The notes: generated by a model not told the origin, from the sequence alone. A stretch of 64,000 nucleotides of DNA from Rubripirellula sp. (GCA_041740415.1 JBGSLZ010000052.1:2789-66788), one strand, 5' to 3'. Positions 49,844 through 59,825 are shown, counted from the stretch's first letter. Numbers and translations are program-made.

Positions 49844-50196
49844 GTTGCGTCGAAAGCTGGACGTTCACGCCAAGTCGTCGGCGGGTTCGATGCGTCGTTC
49901 GGAATCAGTGCGATCATCAACAGAAACAGCCCAACGACAATGTGATTTTGGTGCTCGAACGGTGGCGGCGATCCGGAAAGTCTGCCCCAGGCGATTAAGC
50001 CGATGGCGACCGCGATGGTCAATAAATGTGCGTGTCGCGTCGGACGCCAATACGAAAGTCCGGCAAGTCCAGCGATCATTAGCGCGATGCCGAGATCGGC
50101 CCATATCAATGATTGGATCGCAGACGCATGGAAGATCCAAGGACTCATCGCCAGCCATACTGCTGTCATGATTTCAACCACTCGTGCCCACATCAC
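49840..50196 (-). CDS. SPW repeat membrane protein
   Basis: AVWLAMSPWIF; four TMs. Confidence 0.8.
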   Translation of the reverse strand: MMWARVVEIMTAVWLAMSPWIFHASAIQSLIWADLGIALMIAGLAGLSYWRPTRHAHLLTIAVAIGLIAWGRLSGSPPPFEHQNHIVVGLFLLMIALIPNDASNPPTTWRERPAFDAT

Positions 50197-50804
50197 CGTT
50201 TCTCCCTTGCCAACAAAATTTCAGCAGCACGTTCAAACGCTTCGTCGTGGTACCCCCAGAACGCACGCCAAAACAATCCTTTGTCGTGATTCTGGGTCCA
50301 AACAAGTTTCAAATACGTCAGCGATGCCCGCACTTCATCCCATGCCCAGTAAACCAAGATCAAAGAGATGGCGGCAGTGACCAAACAAAGAAAGCACCAA
50401 TCTCCTACGACGAACGCTTGGCACGCCACCAGGATCACGCTCACGATCCCCAGCGGAATCACGTCGATACCGAACAGGATCACCAGCCACGGTCGGTACT
50501 GCCACCGCCGTGTCGATCCGGCGAATCCGAGTATGGCGTCGCCAAGATAGGCAATCACACCAAGCGACGCGTCGTGAATACCAAGAATACCGTACATCGA
50601 TTTGGCTGTATCGGACTTCAACACGCGATTGCTGCCCTCACCGAACACCGGGTCCCAGGAATTTTCAATGAGTCCCCATTGATACATCGACAAGTGTGTC
50701 GAAATGGCTGCCGCGACGAACGCGAGCATACAGATCGGAATCCGCTGACTCCACGCCGATGGATTGTGATGGTACGGAGGAACGTGTGCGTTGAGATCGT
50801 TCAC
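50193..50804 (-). CDS. Vitamin K epoxide reductase (VKOR) family protein
   Basis: YQWG..WDPVFG.GS..VL.S, DASLG, WCFLCL redox motif; GTGA overlap with the upstream gene. Confidence 0.85.
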   Translation of the reverse strand: MNDLNAHVPPYHHNPSAWSQRIPICMLAFVAAAISTHLSMYQWGLIENSWDPVFGEGSNRVLKSDTAKSMYGILGIHDASLGVIAYLGDAILGFAGSTRRWQYRPWLVILFGIDVIPLGIVSVILVACQAFVVGDWCFLCLVTAAISLILVYWAWDEVRASLTYLKLVWTQNHDKGLFWRAFWGYHDEAFERAAEILLAREKR

Positions 50805-51859
50805 GCTTCTAGTCCGTTCGCCTGATACCACTGGTTGGGGTTGTCTTTTAACGCTTGCGTCATTTTGGGAAGCGTGGTGCTCAGGCCGTTTTTGGGCCCC
50901 CAGCCGAGTAATTCTTTCGCACGGGAGATATCCAGTGCGTAGTGATCGTCGGCCATGTTGACCATGAACGGCTTGATGAAAGCGTCACCTCCAGACAGCG
51001 CGTCTGTAACTGCCGCACCTACTTTGGCAACGGACTTGGGAACGTACATCGTCGTCCATTCATGGCCGTGCAATTGCTTGCCGATCAAGTTTTGAAGCGT
51101 CTCATACGATACGGGGTCGGCTTCGCCAATCAGAATCGCGGTCTTCGCTTCGATCGAATCACGTCGCTCAACGGTGCGAATGATCGAATCCACAGCGTCG
51201 TCAAGGTGAACAACCGATTGCCCCGCATCGGTATCGCCAGGAAAGAAGTGGCCATGAAAATCTTGCTCGTAAATTCGCTTGATCTGTTGAACAAGGGTTG
51301 GTTGTTGCCCTTCGTCAGTGTAAATACCGGCAATTCGTAGGAAGACGGATCGTACCCTGGGGTGGCCTTCACGAATCAGTCGTTCTGTTTCGATCTTACT
51401 TTGCGGGTACGGCCATTTGGCCTCCAACGGGTCCTCTTCGCGGATGTGGTCGCCGATCGCGCACGGCGCGTGAACCAACATCGTGCTGGTGAAGATAAAT
51501 TGTTCGAGTTCAAAATCTTCGAGTTCGTTGAGCAACCGATCGGTGCCATTGATCGTCACTTTTTCGTACAGGTCACTGTCTTCACCTGAGAAATTGTAGT
51601 ACGCCGCCATGTGGACGACGCTCGCCAACTTGCCTCCAGTCAATTGATGGACTTTCGCCATCGCAGCGCGCACCGACACCGAATCGGTGACGTCGCATTC
51701 AATGTCGCGGACATGGTCGTGATCCTTGGGCGGCTCAGGCCATCCGACTCGGTCGAAGCCATAGACTTGATAGCCAAGCTCAGCCAATCGGATGCAGACA
51801 GGCCATCCGAGGAGGCCAGAGCTACCGGTGACGATTACCGCAGGTCGATTTTCAGTCAT
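50801..51859 (-). CDS. NAD-dependent epimerase/dehydratase family protein
   Basis: TGSSGLLG, HMAAYY, YPQSK. Confidence 0.9.
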   Translation of the reverse strand: MTENRPAVIVTGSSGLLGWPVCIRLAELGYQVYGFDRVGWPEPPKDHDHVRDIECDVTDSVSVRAAMAKVHQLTGGKLASVVHMAAYYNFSGEDSDLYEKVTINGTDRLLNELEDFELEQFIFTSTMLVHAPCAIGDHIREEDPLEAKWPYPQSKIETERLIREGHPRVRSVFLRIAGIYTDEGQQPTLVQQIKRIYEQDFHGHFFPGDTDAGQSVVHLDDAVDSIIRTVERRDSIEAKTAILIGEADPVSYETLQNLIGKQLHGHEWTTMYVPKSVAKVGAAVTDALSGGDAFIKPFMVNMADDHYALDISRAKELLGWGPKNGLSTTLPKMTQALKDNPNQWYQANGLEA

Positions 51860-51909
51860 CGATTCCTCCCGAGTTGTAGCGTGGTTAGTTTTCTACTACG
51901 TCGTGGGAC

Positions 51910-51923
51910 GCAAGTTCTATGCC
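51910..51923 (-). promoter_or_regulatory. Sigma-54 -24/-12 motif, epimerase-VKOR-SPW operon
   Basis: GGCATAGAACTTGC, about 50 bp upstream. Confidence 0.75.
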
Positions 51924-51965
51924 GTTGCTTGCGGTCCGTTTTCCAATCGCTTGCCTCACGCCCTC

Positions 51966-51979
51966 GGCACAGCATTTGC
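51966..51979 (+). promoter_or_regulatory. Sigma-54 -24/-12 motif, lipoprotein-SDR-oxidase operon
   Basis: GGCACAGCATTTGC, about 54 bp upstream of 52033. Confidence 0.75.
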
Positions 51980-52032
51980 GACCCCGATGGTTTGCAGAAA
52001 TGAATGTTCGCCCCTAAATGATTGAGAAAAAG

Positions 52033-52242
52033 ATGAAGACCCTGCACCAAATTGCGATTGTGTCCCTCTGTATCGCCAGCATCACAGTGATTGGATGCGA
52101 CGGTTTCGCCGATCTCACCGATGACTCGACGCGAATGGAAGTCGAAGTGCCCAAGGTGGAGGTTGGTGATGAAGCGCTCGACATGAACCCAGCGACGGAC
52201 GGCGATCTTGATATCGACACGCCTGCGAAAGGTGACTCGTGA
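52033..52242 (+). CDS. Small acidic lipoprotein
   Basis: VIG-C lipobox, EVEVPKVEV, acidic tail. Confidence 0.7.
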   Translation: MKTLHQIAIVSLCIASITVIGCDGFADLTDDSTRMEVEVPKVEVGDEALDMNPATDGDLDIDTPAKGDS

Positions 52243-52323
52243 CATTGAGAACTCCGGGAAGATGACCTGGCAGACATGTTGCCGAAACGACCTTCCTGAT
52301 ACCACGCAAACTGATCCATCTAA

Positions 52324-52445
52324 GGGACATCGACAAATAAGTTGCCAAATCAGCCGGAACGCATTAGCGTCCGGTTACCGTAAAAACCGTGTGCTAACGC
52401 ACGACATCTGATGCTTAGATCGTAAGATTATTTGCGGACGTTCCC
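52324..52445. mobile_element. 122-bp MITE-like element with imperfect TIRs and TAA duplications, carrying a family B REP doublet
   Basis: TAA|GGGACATCGACAAATAA ... TTATTTGCGGACGTTCCC|TAA; internal ATCAGCCGGAACGCATTAGCGTCCGG and a degenerate inverted copy. Confidence 0.7.
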
Positions 52446-52465
52446 TAAGCCCGAAAGTGTATTCA

Positions 52466-53272
52466 ATGTCACGCAGAGCAATCGTCACCGGCGGCAGTAC
52501 CGGGATCGGACGCAGTACCGCCATCGCCTTGGCCATGTCGGGTCATGACGTGGCAATTACGTTTGCTCACAACGAACATGAGGCGAAATCAACCGCCAAG
52601 GCCGTCGAAGCAGAAGGTCAGCGGTGCATCATCGCGCAACTTGACCTGTCAGAACCCAACAACGCCAGCTCTTGCGTTGACGAGATGGTCGAACAGCTCG
52701 GCGGTTTGGACGTCGTGGTCAGCAACGCGGGCATGATGGTCAATCAAAAACTGCCCGATCTCGATCTCGAGACTGCTTACAAGATTTTCAACGTCAATAC
52801 GTTCGGTGCGTTGTTGGTCATTCAGCGAGCCGTTCATCACATGCTGCCGGGCGGACTCGCCGGCGAACCTCGCAAGACTCCTGGACGCGTGATCGTTGTC
52901 ACCAGCGTCCATGAGGTGATCGCGAGCCCAACGGATACACTTTACACAATGACCAAACACGCACTGGGCGGAATGGTGAAGTGCCTAGCGCTCGACCTGA
53001 CACCGCTGAACATCACAGTCAACGCTGTCGCCCCCGGTGAGATCGCGACGCCAATGAACGATATGGACGCGGAAGACTTCGATGACGTGAAACGCCCGGC
53101 GATGCCAGCTCGTCGAGCGGGAAAACCGGACGAGGTGGCTGCGGTGATCGATTTCCTGGCCAGCGATAAGTGCGGTTTTGTGACGGGTGTTCGCTGGCCC
53201 ATCGACGGTGGATTTGAAGCCGCCACGCCGCTGGCCGCGTCAGGCTATCGCGAAGAATATCTCAAACAATGA
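52466..53272 (+). CDS. Classical SDR oxidoreductase
   Basis: TGGSTGIG, VSNAG, YTMTK, NAVAPG, DGG. Confidence 0.92.
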   Translation: MSRRAIVTGGSTGIGRSTAIALAMSGHDVAITFAHNEHEAKSTAKAVEAEGQRCIIAQLDLSEPNNASSCVDEMVEQLGGLDVVVSNAGMMVNQKLPDLDLETAYKIFNVNTFGALLVIQRAVHHMLPGGLAGEPRKTPGRVIVVTSVHEVIASPTDTLYTMTKHALGGMVKCLALDLTPLNITVNAVAPGEIATPMNDMDAEDFDDVKRPAMPARRAGKPDEVAAVIDFLASDKCGFVTGVRWPIDGGFEAATPLAASGYREEYLKQ

Positions 53273-54192
53273 ATGAATCGGCATCACAATCAGCACTCGA
53301 CTCTGCCGGACAGGGTGCTGAGAAAATTGCCGAGCTGTTTTATTGGATGACTGCTGGGGCGGCAGTGATCTGGATCGTTGTCGTTGGTTTGGCCGTCTAT
53401 GCAATCACGTCACGACGAGAGCACCCTGTACGCTTGACGAGCTGGCTGGTGATTGGTGGGGGAGCAGTCGTGCCAACGATCGTATTGACTCTCTTGCTGA
53501 GTTACGGACTCGCGATCCTTCCCGAATTGCAACGGCCTGCACCCGAGGGAAGCCTCACCATTGAAGTGGCTGGCGTTCGCTGGTGGTGGCGAGTCCATTA
53601 CACCGACCAGAACGGCGGACGTATTACAACGGCGAATGAAATTCATTTGCCTGTGAACCAACCGGTGGAGTTCAAGCTGACGAGCGAAGACGTGATTCAT
53701 TCGTTCTGGATTCCTTCACTGGGAGGGAAGGTTGACATGATGCCAGGCCGCACCAATCGTTTGAAACTTCACCCAACCCGCGAAGGAGTGTACAGCGGCG
53801 TGTGTGCGGAATACTGCGGCACGGCTCACGCACAGATGCGTTTTCGAGTTGTCGTGACGGATCAAGCAACTTTCGATGAATGGCTAACGAATCAGGCGAA
53901 GGACTATCAAGCAAATTCCGGTACAGGAGAATCGACGTTCCTCGCTCGCGGATGCTCCGCCTGTCACGCGATTCGCGGGACATCTGCCGATGGCGTTGTT
54001 GGCCCCGATCTGACACATTTCGGTTCTCGGCTTTCAATTGCCGCGGGCGTGCTTGACAACACAACAGAGAACCTCAAGTTGTGGCTTAACGATACGCATG
54101 GCGTAAAGCCAGGCGTCGAGATGCCGGAGTTTGAATCGCTCAGCGTCGATGAAATCGAGTCGCTCGTTGCCTTCCTGGGGTCGTTGCAATGA
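53269..54192 (+). CDS. ctaC: Cytochrome c oxidase subunit II with fused cytochrome c
   Basis: DVIHSFW and CAEYCGTAHAQM (CuA ligands); CSACH heme c motif. Confidence 0.93.
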   Translation: MNESASQSALDSAGQGAEKIAELFYWMTAGAAVIWIVVVGLAVYAITSRREHPVRLTSWLVIGGGAVVPTIVLTLLLSYGLAILPELQRPAPEGSLTIEVAGVRWWWRVHYTDQNGGRITTANEIHLPVNQPVEFKLTSEDVIHSFWIPSLGGKVDMMPGRTNRLKLHPTREGVYSGVCAEYCGTAHAQMRFRVVVTDQATFDEWLTNQAKDYQANSGTGESTFLARGCSACHAIRGTSADGVVGPDLTHFGSRLSIAAGVLDNTTENLKLWLNDTHGVKPGVEMPEFESLSVDEIESLVAFLGSLQ

Positions 54193-56672
54193 ACGAACAA
54201 GCCCAACGATTGCTCGAAGCGTGGCGAACACCGAAAGGATGGCGGTACTGGTCCGCCGTCAATAATTCCGAAGTCGGGCTGTGGTACACGATCACGGCGT
54301 TCGCGTTCCTGCTGTTCGGTGGATTGCTCGCGCTGGCGATGCGCATCCAACTCGCCGTTCCCGATAACGATTTTCTCACGGCGGATCAATACAACCAAGT
54401 CTTCACGATGCACGGCAGCGTGATGATGTTCTTGTTTGCCGTGCCGATCCTCGAAGCGATCTCGATCTTGCTGTTGCCGCAAATGATGGGCGCTCGCGAC
54501 TTGCCGTTTCCACGTTTGTCAGCTTACGGATTTTGGTCGTTCCTGATCGGTGGCATCTTTGTTTGCGGCTCGCTTTTTTTCGGTGCGGGACCACGCGGTG
54601 GATGGTTCATGTATCCACCGATGACGACGGAATATCAAACCGATGTGGGAGCCGACATTTGGCTGCTTGGTCTGTCGTTTATCGAAATCGCGTCGATCGC
54701 AGCAGCAGTCGAGCTGATCGTCGGTGTGCTGAAATGCCGCCCGCCAGGGATGCGATTGAACTTGATCCCGCTGTACGCTTGGTACATCTTGGTGGTCGCG
54801 GCGATGATCCTGTTCGCCTTCCCACCATTGATCGCCGGTGACTTGTTGATGGAGTTGGAACGGGCACTGGATTGGCCGTTCTTTGACGTGTCACGCGGCG
54901 GCGATCCGATGTTGTGGCAACATCTGTTCTGGATTTTCGGACATCCTGAAGTCTACATCGTGTTCCTGCCGTCGATCGCCTTGGTGGCAATGATCGTCCC
55001 GACATTTGCGCGCACACCGATGGTCGGCTATGGCTGGATTGTGCTGGCGGCGGTCGGCACTGGCTTCCTGAGTTTCGGGTTGTGGGTTCACCACATGTTC
55101 ACCACCGGATTGCCAGGAATCACGATCGGAATTTTCTCGGCGGCATCCGAAGCCGTTGCAATTCCAACGGGCGTGCAAATCTTTTGCTTCATCGCCACGC
55201 TGCTGGTCGGTCGAGTCACCAAGTCCGTCTGTTTGCTGTTCGTACTGGCAGGGTTGGCCACGTTCATCATCGGTGGTTTAACCGGAGTGATGGTCGCGAT
55301 CGCACCGTTCGACTATCAAGCTCACGACACTTACTTCATCGTCGGCCATCTGCACTACGTCCTGGTCGGCGGCACCATCTTCCCAATTGTCGCAGGCGTC
55401 TACTATTTCTATCCGTTGGTCACTGGCAAGCAGCTCTCCGAGCGACTCGGCACGATCGCATTTTGGCTGATGATGATCGGCTTCAACGTCAGCTTCTTTC
55501 CGATGCACATCACCGGATTGATCGGAATGCCACGGCGAGTCTACACCTATCCAGCGGGCATGGGATTCGACAACCTGAACATGATTTCGTCGATCGGTGC
55601 TTTTGTATTGGCCGCTGGATTTGTGGTCTTTTTGTGGGATTTGCTGCGACCAAAAGGCAAACAACCGCTCGCGCCTCGGAACGTGTGGAACGCGGGAACG
55701 CTGGAATGGTTGGCTGAAGTTCCCGATCAACCGTGGGGCGTCCGCAGCATTCCGATTATCAAATCACGCTATCCGCTCTGGGATCAAGAGAACTTTGTGC
55801 GCGACGTTGATGAAGGAAAATTCTATCTTCCCGATGCAGAAGAGGGCTTGCGAGAAACGCTGGTGACATCGACGGTCGAAGCGACACCGATTCAGTGTTT
55901 ACGAGTTCCCGGTCCAACGTTCTTGACCTTGGGGGCGGCTGTCTTTACCGGCGGTGTTTTTATCTTCGGCACGTTTCACTGGTATGTTGCAACCTGCATC
56001 AGCGGTGTGCTGGCGTTCTTCACCATTCTTGCTTGGTTGTGGACAGGCACGGCGATCATCCCCGAGAAGACCGAGAAAGACGTTGGCTTAGGCTTGACGC
56101 TGCCGATCTATGTGTCGGGACCGGACGCGGTCGGATGGTGGGCCATGTTCATCACGATGCTGGGTGACATGACCGCGTTCATGTCGTTGGTGTTCGGATA
56201 CTTTTTCTACTGGACGGTTCACGAAGACTTTCCGCCAAAGGACGTTGATGGTCCCGGAGTTATCTGGCCATTGGTATCAGTCATTTGTACTTTGATCGCG
56301 TGGACATTGATGCTGCTGTCGCGTAAGTCGAACCGCCGCGAAGGTGCCGGAGTGTTTTACATCATCACGGTGTTGTCGGTCGTCATGGCATGCTGTGCCG
56401 CGGGCTCGCTGGTCGCTGGACCTTGGCTGCACCAGATGGACCCGACCGAGCATGTTTATCAATCGTCGGTTTGCGTACTCGTGTTATGGACCGTTGTTCA
56501 TTTGGCGGTCGGCGTTGTCATGCAGTTGTATTGCATGGCACGACGCGCGGCCGGGAAGATGACACATCGTTTTGATGCTGACATTGTGAACGTGACTCTG
56601 TACTGGCACTTCATGATGCTGACCGCAGGCATTACGGGACTAACGATCGCCTTGTTTCCGTTGGCGGCGTGA
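54189..56672 (+). CDS. ctaD: Cytochrome c oxidase subunit I fused to a subunit III-like C-terminal domain (alternative, CoxN-like)
   Basis: TMHG, GHPEVY, VHHM, GHLHY; the extra C-terminal region has WWAMFITM and LYWHF. Confidence 0.92.
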   Translation: MNEQAQRLLEAWRTPKGWRYWSAVNNSEVGLWYTITAFAFLLFGGLLALAMRIQLAVPDNDFLTADQYNQVFTMHGSVMMFLFAVPILEAISILLLPQMMGARDLPFPRLSAYGFWSFLIGGIFVCGSLFFGAGPRGGWFMYPPMTTEYQTDVGADIWLLGLSFIEIASIAAAVELIVGVLKCRPPGMRLNLIPLYAWYILVVAAMILFAFPPLIAGDLLMELERALDWPFFDVSRGGDPMLWQHLFWIFGHPEVYIVFLPSIALVAMIVPTFARTPMVGYGWIVLAAVGTGFLSFGLWVHHMFTTGLPGITIGIFSAASEAVAIPTGVQIFCFIATLLVGRVTKSVCLLFVLAGLATFIIGGLTGVMVAIAPFDYQAHDTYFIVGHLHYVLVGGTIFPIVAGVYYFYPLVTGKQLSERLGTIAFWLMMIGFNVSFFPMHITGLIGMPRRVYTYPAGMGFDNLNMISSIGAFVLAAGFVVFLWDLLRPKGKQPLAPRNVWNAGTLEWLAEVPDQPWGVRSIPIIKSRYPLWDQENFVRDVDEGKFYLPDAEEGLRETLVTSTVEATPIQCLRVPGPTFLTLGAAVFTGGVFIFGTFHWYVATCISGVLAFFTILAWLWTGTAIIPEKTEKDVGLGLTLPIYVSGPDAVGWWAMFITMLGDMTAFMSLVFGYFFYWTVHEDFPPKDVDGPGVIWPLVSVICTLIAWTLMLLSRKSNRREGAGVFYIITVLSVVMACCAAGSLVAGPWLHQMDPTEHVYQSSVCVLVLWTVVHLAVGVVMQLYCMARRAAGKMTHRFDADIVNVTLYWHFMMLTAGITGLTIALFPLAA

Positions 56673-57037
56673 GGCTTATGAACATCAATCTCTGGTGGCT
56701 GACATTCTCACCGCTTTGCTGGGCCAGCCATTTCCTAGCGAGCTATTTGACGACTGCAATCTACTGCGCCAAGTTTACTTCAGCGGACAGTGATGCGATG
56801 CCCGTTCGCATTGCTGTCGCTATTTTTACCGCCATTGCACTGACAATGATTGCGACAATTGGCGTGACAAGTTTGCGAGTGCATCGCATGGGACATGCGA
56901 CATTGCCGCATGACGACGACACACCGCGCGACGAACAGCGTTTTCTTGGATTTGCGGCTTTGTTGTTATCAATTTTGAGCGGTATCGCGACGCTCTTTAC
57001 CGCGCTCGTCTTCTTTTTCATGGAGACCTGTCACTGA
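56669..57037 (+). CDS. Three-TM accessory membrane protein of the oxidase operon
   Basis: Overlapping junctions; WASHFL.SY...YCAK. Confidence 0.75.
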   Translation: MRLMNINLWWLTFSPLCWASHFLASYLTTAIYCAKFTSADSDAMPVRIAVAIFTAIALTMIATIGVTSLRVHRMGHATLPHDDDTPRDEQRFLGFAALLLSILSGIATLFTALVFFFMETCH

Positions 57038-57726
57038 TGCGTTTGGCAACTTGGAATCTCGGTTGGATTTTGCTCGCGGTGGCTTGGATGGGGCCGCTAC
57101 CGCGCTGGGCCGAAAGTTCGTTTGCGGCCCACATGACGCTGCACATGTTGATCGTTGCGATGGTCGCGCCGCTGTTGTCGATCGCGATAGCGGGGCTTCG
57201 ATACGATCCAGTGCAAAAAGTTCCCGCATTGTTTTCGCCGATCCCCGCCTCGGTAGGTGAGTTGCTGATCGTGTGGGCGTGGCACGCTCCGCGACTGCAT
57301 CACTGGGCACGTCATGAATCGCTCGGATTGATTGTTGAGCAAGGAATGTTCCTGGCCGTCGGAATGTGGGTGTGGTTATCGGCGTTCGGTGGCAGTCAAC
57401 CACGAAGCCACGGTCGAGCCGGCGCGGGAGTGGTTGGTCTGCTGTTGACCTCGATGCACATGACCTTCTTGGGTGCATTATTGGCGCTGTCGCCACGTCT
57501 GCTTTATCAGCATCATCATGCGGGATCAGGACTGACTCCGCTGACGGATCAACATGTTGGCGGCGCGGTGATGTTGGTCGTCGGCGGCATCGCCTACTTG
57601 GTAGGCGGACTTTGGTTGACGAGGGATTTAGTGCGTCCCACGAGCCGTTTTGATGCAGACCACCGCTCTCTCGCAAAAAACGTCGCTAGCGCTGCAGCAG
57701 CGAGCCACTCGGAGCTAATTCAATGA
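57037..57726 (+). CDS. Cytochrome c oxidase assembly factor (caa3 CtaG type)
   Basis: HMTLHMLIV..APL, WAWHAP, DQHVGG..M. Confidence 0.85.
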   Translation: MRLATWNLGWILLAVAWMGPLPRWAESSFAAHMTLHMLIVAMVAPLLSIAIAGLRYDPVQKVPALFSPIPASVGELLIVWAWHAPRLHHWARHESLGLIVEQGMFLAVGMWVWLSAFGGSQPRSHGRAGAGVVGLLLTSMHMTFLGALLALSPRLLYQHHHAGSGLTPLTDQHVGGAVMLVVGGIAYLVGGLWLTRDLVRPTSRFDADHRSLAKNVASAAAASHSELIQ

Positions 57727-58814
57727 AACGACGACTCAAAGAACTTGCAATCTTGCTAACGGCACTCGGCATTCTTGGCGTGATCGTACTCGTCTCGGGA
57801 ATCGTCCCGATCAAGGCGAGCAGCGGGCATTGGCCGATCACGCGGTGGACGCTTGACTTCGCCAGTGATCGTTCGGTTGGTTTGCACAGTATCGGTATCG
57901 AGGTTCCGCCGCTGGACGAACCCGGCATGGTCCGGCTGGGTGCAGCGACCTTCGACAGCAATTGTCGCTGGTGCCACGGCGCGCCCGGGTTTGCGCAGCC
58001 ACCCGTCGCCGCACAGATGACTCCGCATCCACCGAAACTGTCCGAAGCGGTGAATCTGTGGGACGATGCTGAGTTGTTCTACATCTTGAAACACGGCATC
58101 AAGTTCGCCGGGATGCCTGCTTGGCCGACGCAGAAGCGTGAGGAAGAAATCTGGCCCGTCGTCGCCTTCTTGCGTGAGTTGCCGACGACCGACGCCAGCC
58201 AGTACCTCAACTTGATTCAGCCGGCTTCTACCGAAATTCAAGCGATCGAAACGCCGATCGCCTATCAAGTTGCAAGGTCGTGTGCCGCCTGTCACGGAAT
58301 GACCGGCAGCACACCCGTCAGCGATCGCGTGCCAAACCTGGCTTCGCAGAGTCAGGCGTATCTGAAGAGATCGTTGCTCGCTTATCAAACCGGCGACCGA
58401 TACAGCGGCGTGATGATGCCGATTGCTCATCCTTTGACAGACCAACAAATCGACGAGCTGGCAAGTTATTTCGCCAAACAACCACGCAGTGCCTCGCCTC
58501 CGACGGCCTCGTTAGATATAGGCTTGATCGAAACAGGTCGCAGACTTGCCAACGAAGGCGACCAATCCGCAAAAATTCCATCGTGTGTCGACTGTCATGG
58601 ACCAGGAGAAATCATACGAAGCGACGAATACCCGACGCTGGCTGGTCAACCCGCACAATATCTACAACGACAGCTTGAGTTGTTCGCCAAAAGAAACCGA
58701 GGCGGCAGCGACAACGCATCACTCATGCACCCCATCGTCGACAAACTGGGCGACGCTCAGCGACTCGCTCTGTCGTTCTACTACGCTTCACTCCATGAAG
58801 ACAGCGACAATTGA
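57723..58814 (+). CDS. Membrane-anchored triheme c-type cytochrome
   Basis: CRWCH, CAACH, CVDCH. Confidence 0.9.
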   Translation: MKRRLKELAILLTALGILGVIVLVSGIVPIKASSGHWPITRWTLDFASDRSVGLHSIGIEVPPLDEPGMVRLGAATFDSNCRWCHGAPGFAQPPVAAQMTPHPPKLSEAVNLWDDAELFYILKHGIKFAGMPAWPTQKREEEIWPVVAFLRELPTTDASQYLNLIQPASTEIQAIETPIAYQVARSCAACHGMTGSTPVSDRVPNLASQSQAYLKRSLLAYQTGDRYSGVMMPIAHPLTDQQIDELASYFAKQPRSASPPTASLDIGLIETGRRLANEGDQSAKIPSCVDCHGPGEIIRSDEYPTLAGQPAQYLQRQLELFAKRNRGGSDNASLMHPIVDKLGDAQRLALSFYYASLHEDSDN

Positions 58815-59392
58815 AAACCATATCGCTGACCAAACCAGACGCCGACGACGTGCTACGCTTTCTGGAGCAGCAATCGAAGTGCGACTTCAACTATCCCGAT
58901 GTTGGAGCAACAAGCGGCGAGTTGCCAATGGGCTATGACCATCACCGTACCGAAGTTACCTTGGGGCAAGGCGAGACTGTCTATCAACGAGCCAAATCGG
59001 CGTTACTGGCCTGGGAGCAGTTCGATGTCGGATGGGTCAGCGCGTTACCCGCGAGCACGCCGATCCGCGAGGGTGAGAATATCGCAATCCGCGCTCGCAT
59101 CTTTGGACTTTGGGCGCTTGCGGCTTGCCGAATCGTTAGAGTCTTTGACGACAACGCTTCGGCGACAAAGACTTTCGGCTTTGCGTTTGGTACGCTGCCA
59201 GGACATCCCGAGCAGGGTGAAGAGCAATTTGAAATTGTCTGTGACGCAAACTTGATCGTGACGTATCGCATCGCGGCATTTTTTCGTCCCAACTATCTAG
59301 CAGCGAAATTAGCGTGGCCCTACTTTCGTATTTGCTTCAACGACTTTCGACACCAATCCACCGACACACTTCTTCGCAGATGCAATGAATAG
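58811..59392 (+). CDS. DUF1990 family protein
   Basis: FNYPDVGAT, LGQGE, CRIV, FGFAFGTLPGHPEQGEEQF. Confidence 0.85.
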   Translation: MKTISLTKPDADDVLRFLEQQSKCDFNYPDVGATSGELPMGYDHHRTEVTLGQGETVYQRAKSALLAWEQFDVGWVSALPASTPIREGENIAIRARIFGLWALAACRIVRVFDDNASATKTFGFAFGTLPGHPEQGEEQFEIVCDANLIVTYRIAAFFRPNYLAAKLAWPYFRICFNDFRHQSTDTLLRRCNE

Positions 59393-59448
59393 GTTGCCCG
59401 AATCACCTCAAAACTGAACCGTCTATCCTCACAATGAAAGCCCACAGA

Positions 59449-59688
59449 ATGCTTGCTGACTTTAGTATTTGGACCCTTGATGACCCACACATGCGTGACG
59501 ACATGCAGGTGGTTCGCGACACGCTTGACGAGCGCGGAATCTCGTACACGATGAACAAAATGTCGACGACAATTGAAGGATCGCTTGCTGAGATTAGTGA
59601 GTCGATTGAAGCGTGCCGGCAAAGGTTAGCAGTCACGCATAATCGATTGCTGATCCAGATCACCTTCGACGACGATCGCTCAAAATAA
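59449..59688 (+). CDS. Thiamine-binding (MTH1187/YkoF-like) protein
   Basis: MLADFSI, MSTTIEG, DDRS. Confidence 0.7.
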   Translation: MLADFSIWTLDDPHMRDDMQVVRDTLDERGISYTMNKMSTTIEGSLAEISESIEACRQRLAVTHNRLLIQITFDDDRSK

Positions 59689-59825
59689 CTCGGCAAAATA
59701 ACTCGGTGCCATCCACAAAGTATGGGCGGAAACATTTACGCCGCGTTGTTGCTTGCACCAGCTACCTGTACGAACACGCGGTTGGACGCGACAATCGCTG
59801 GTCGAGCGGCATGGACGACGAAACG

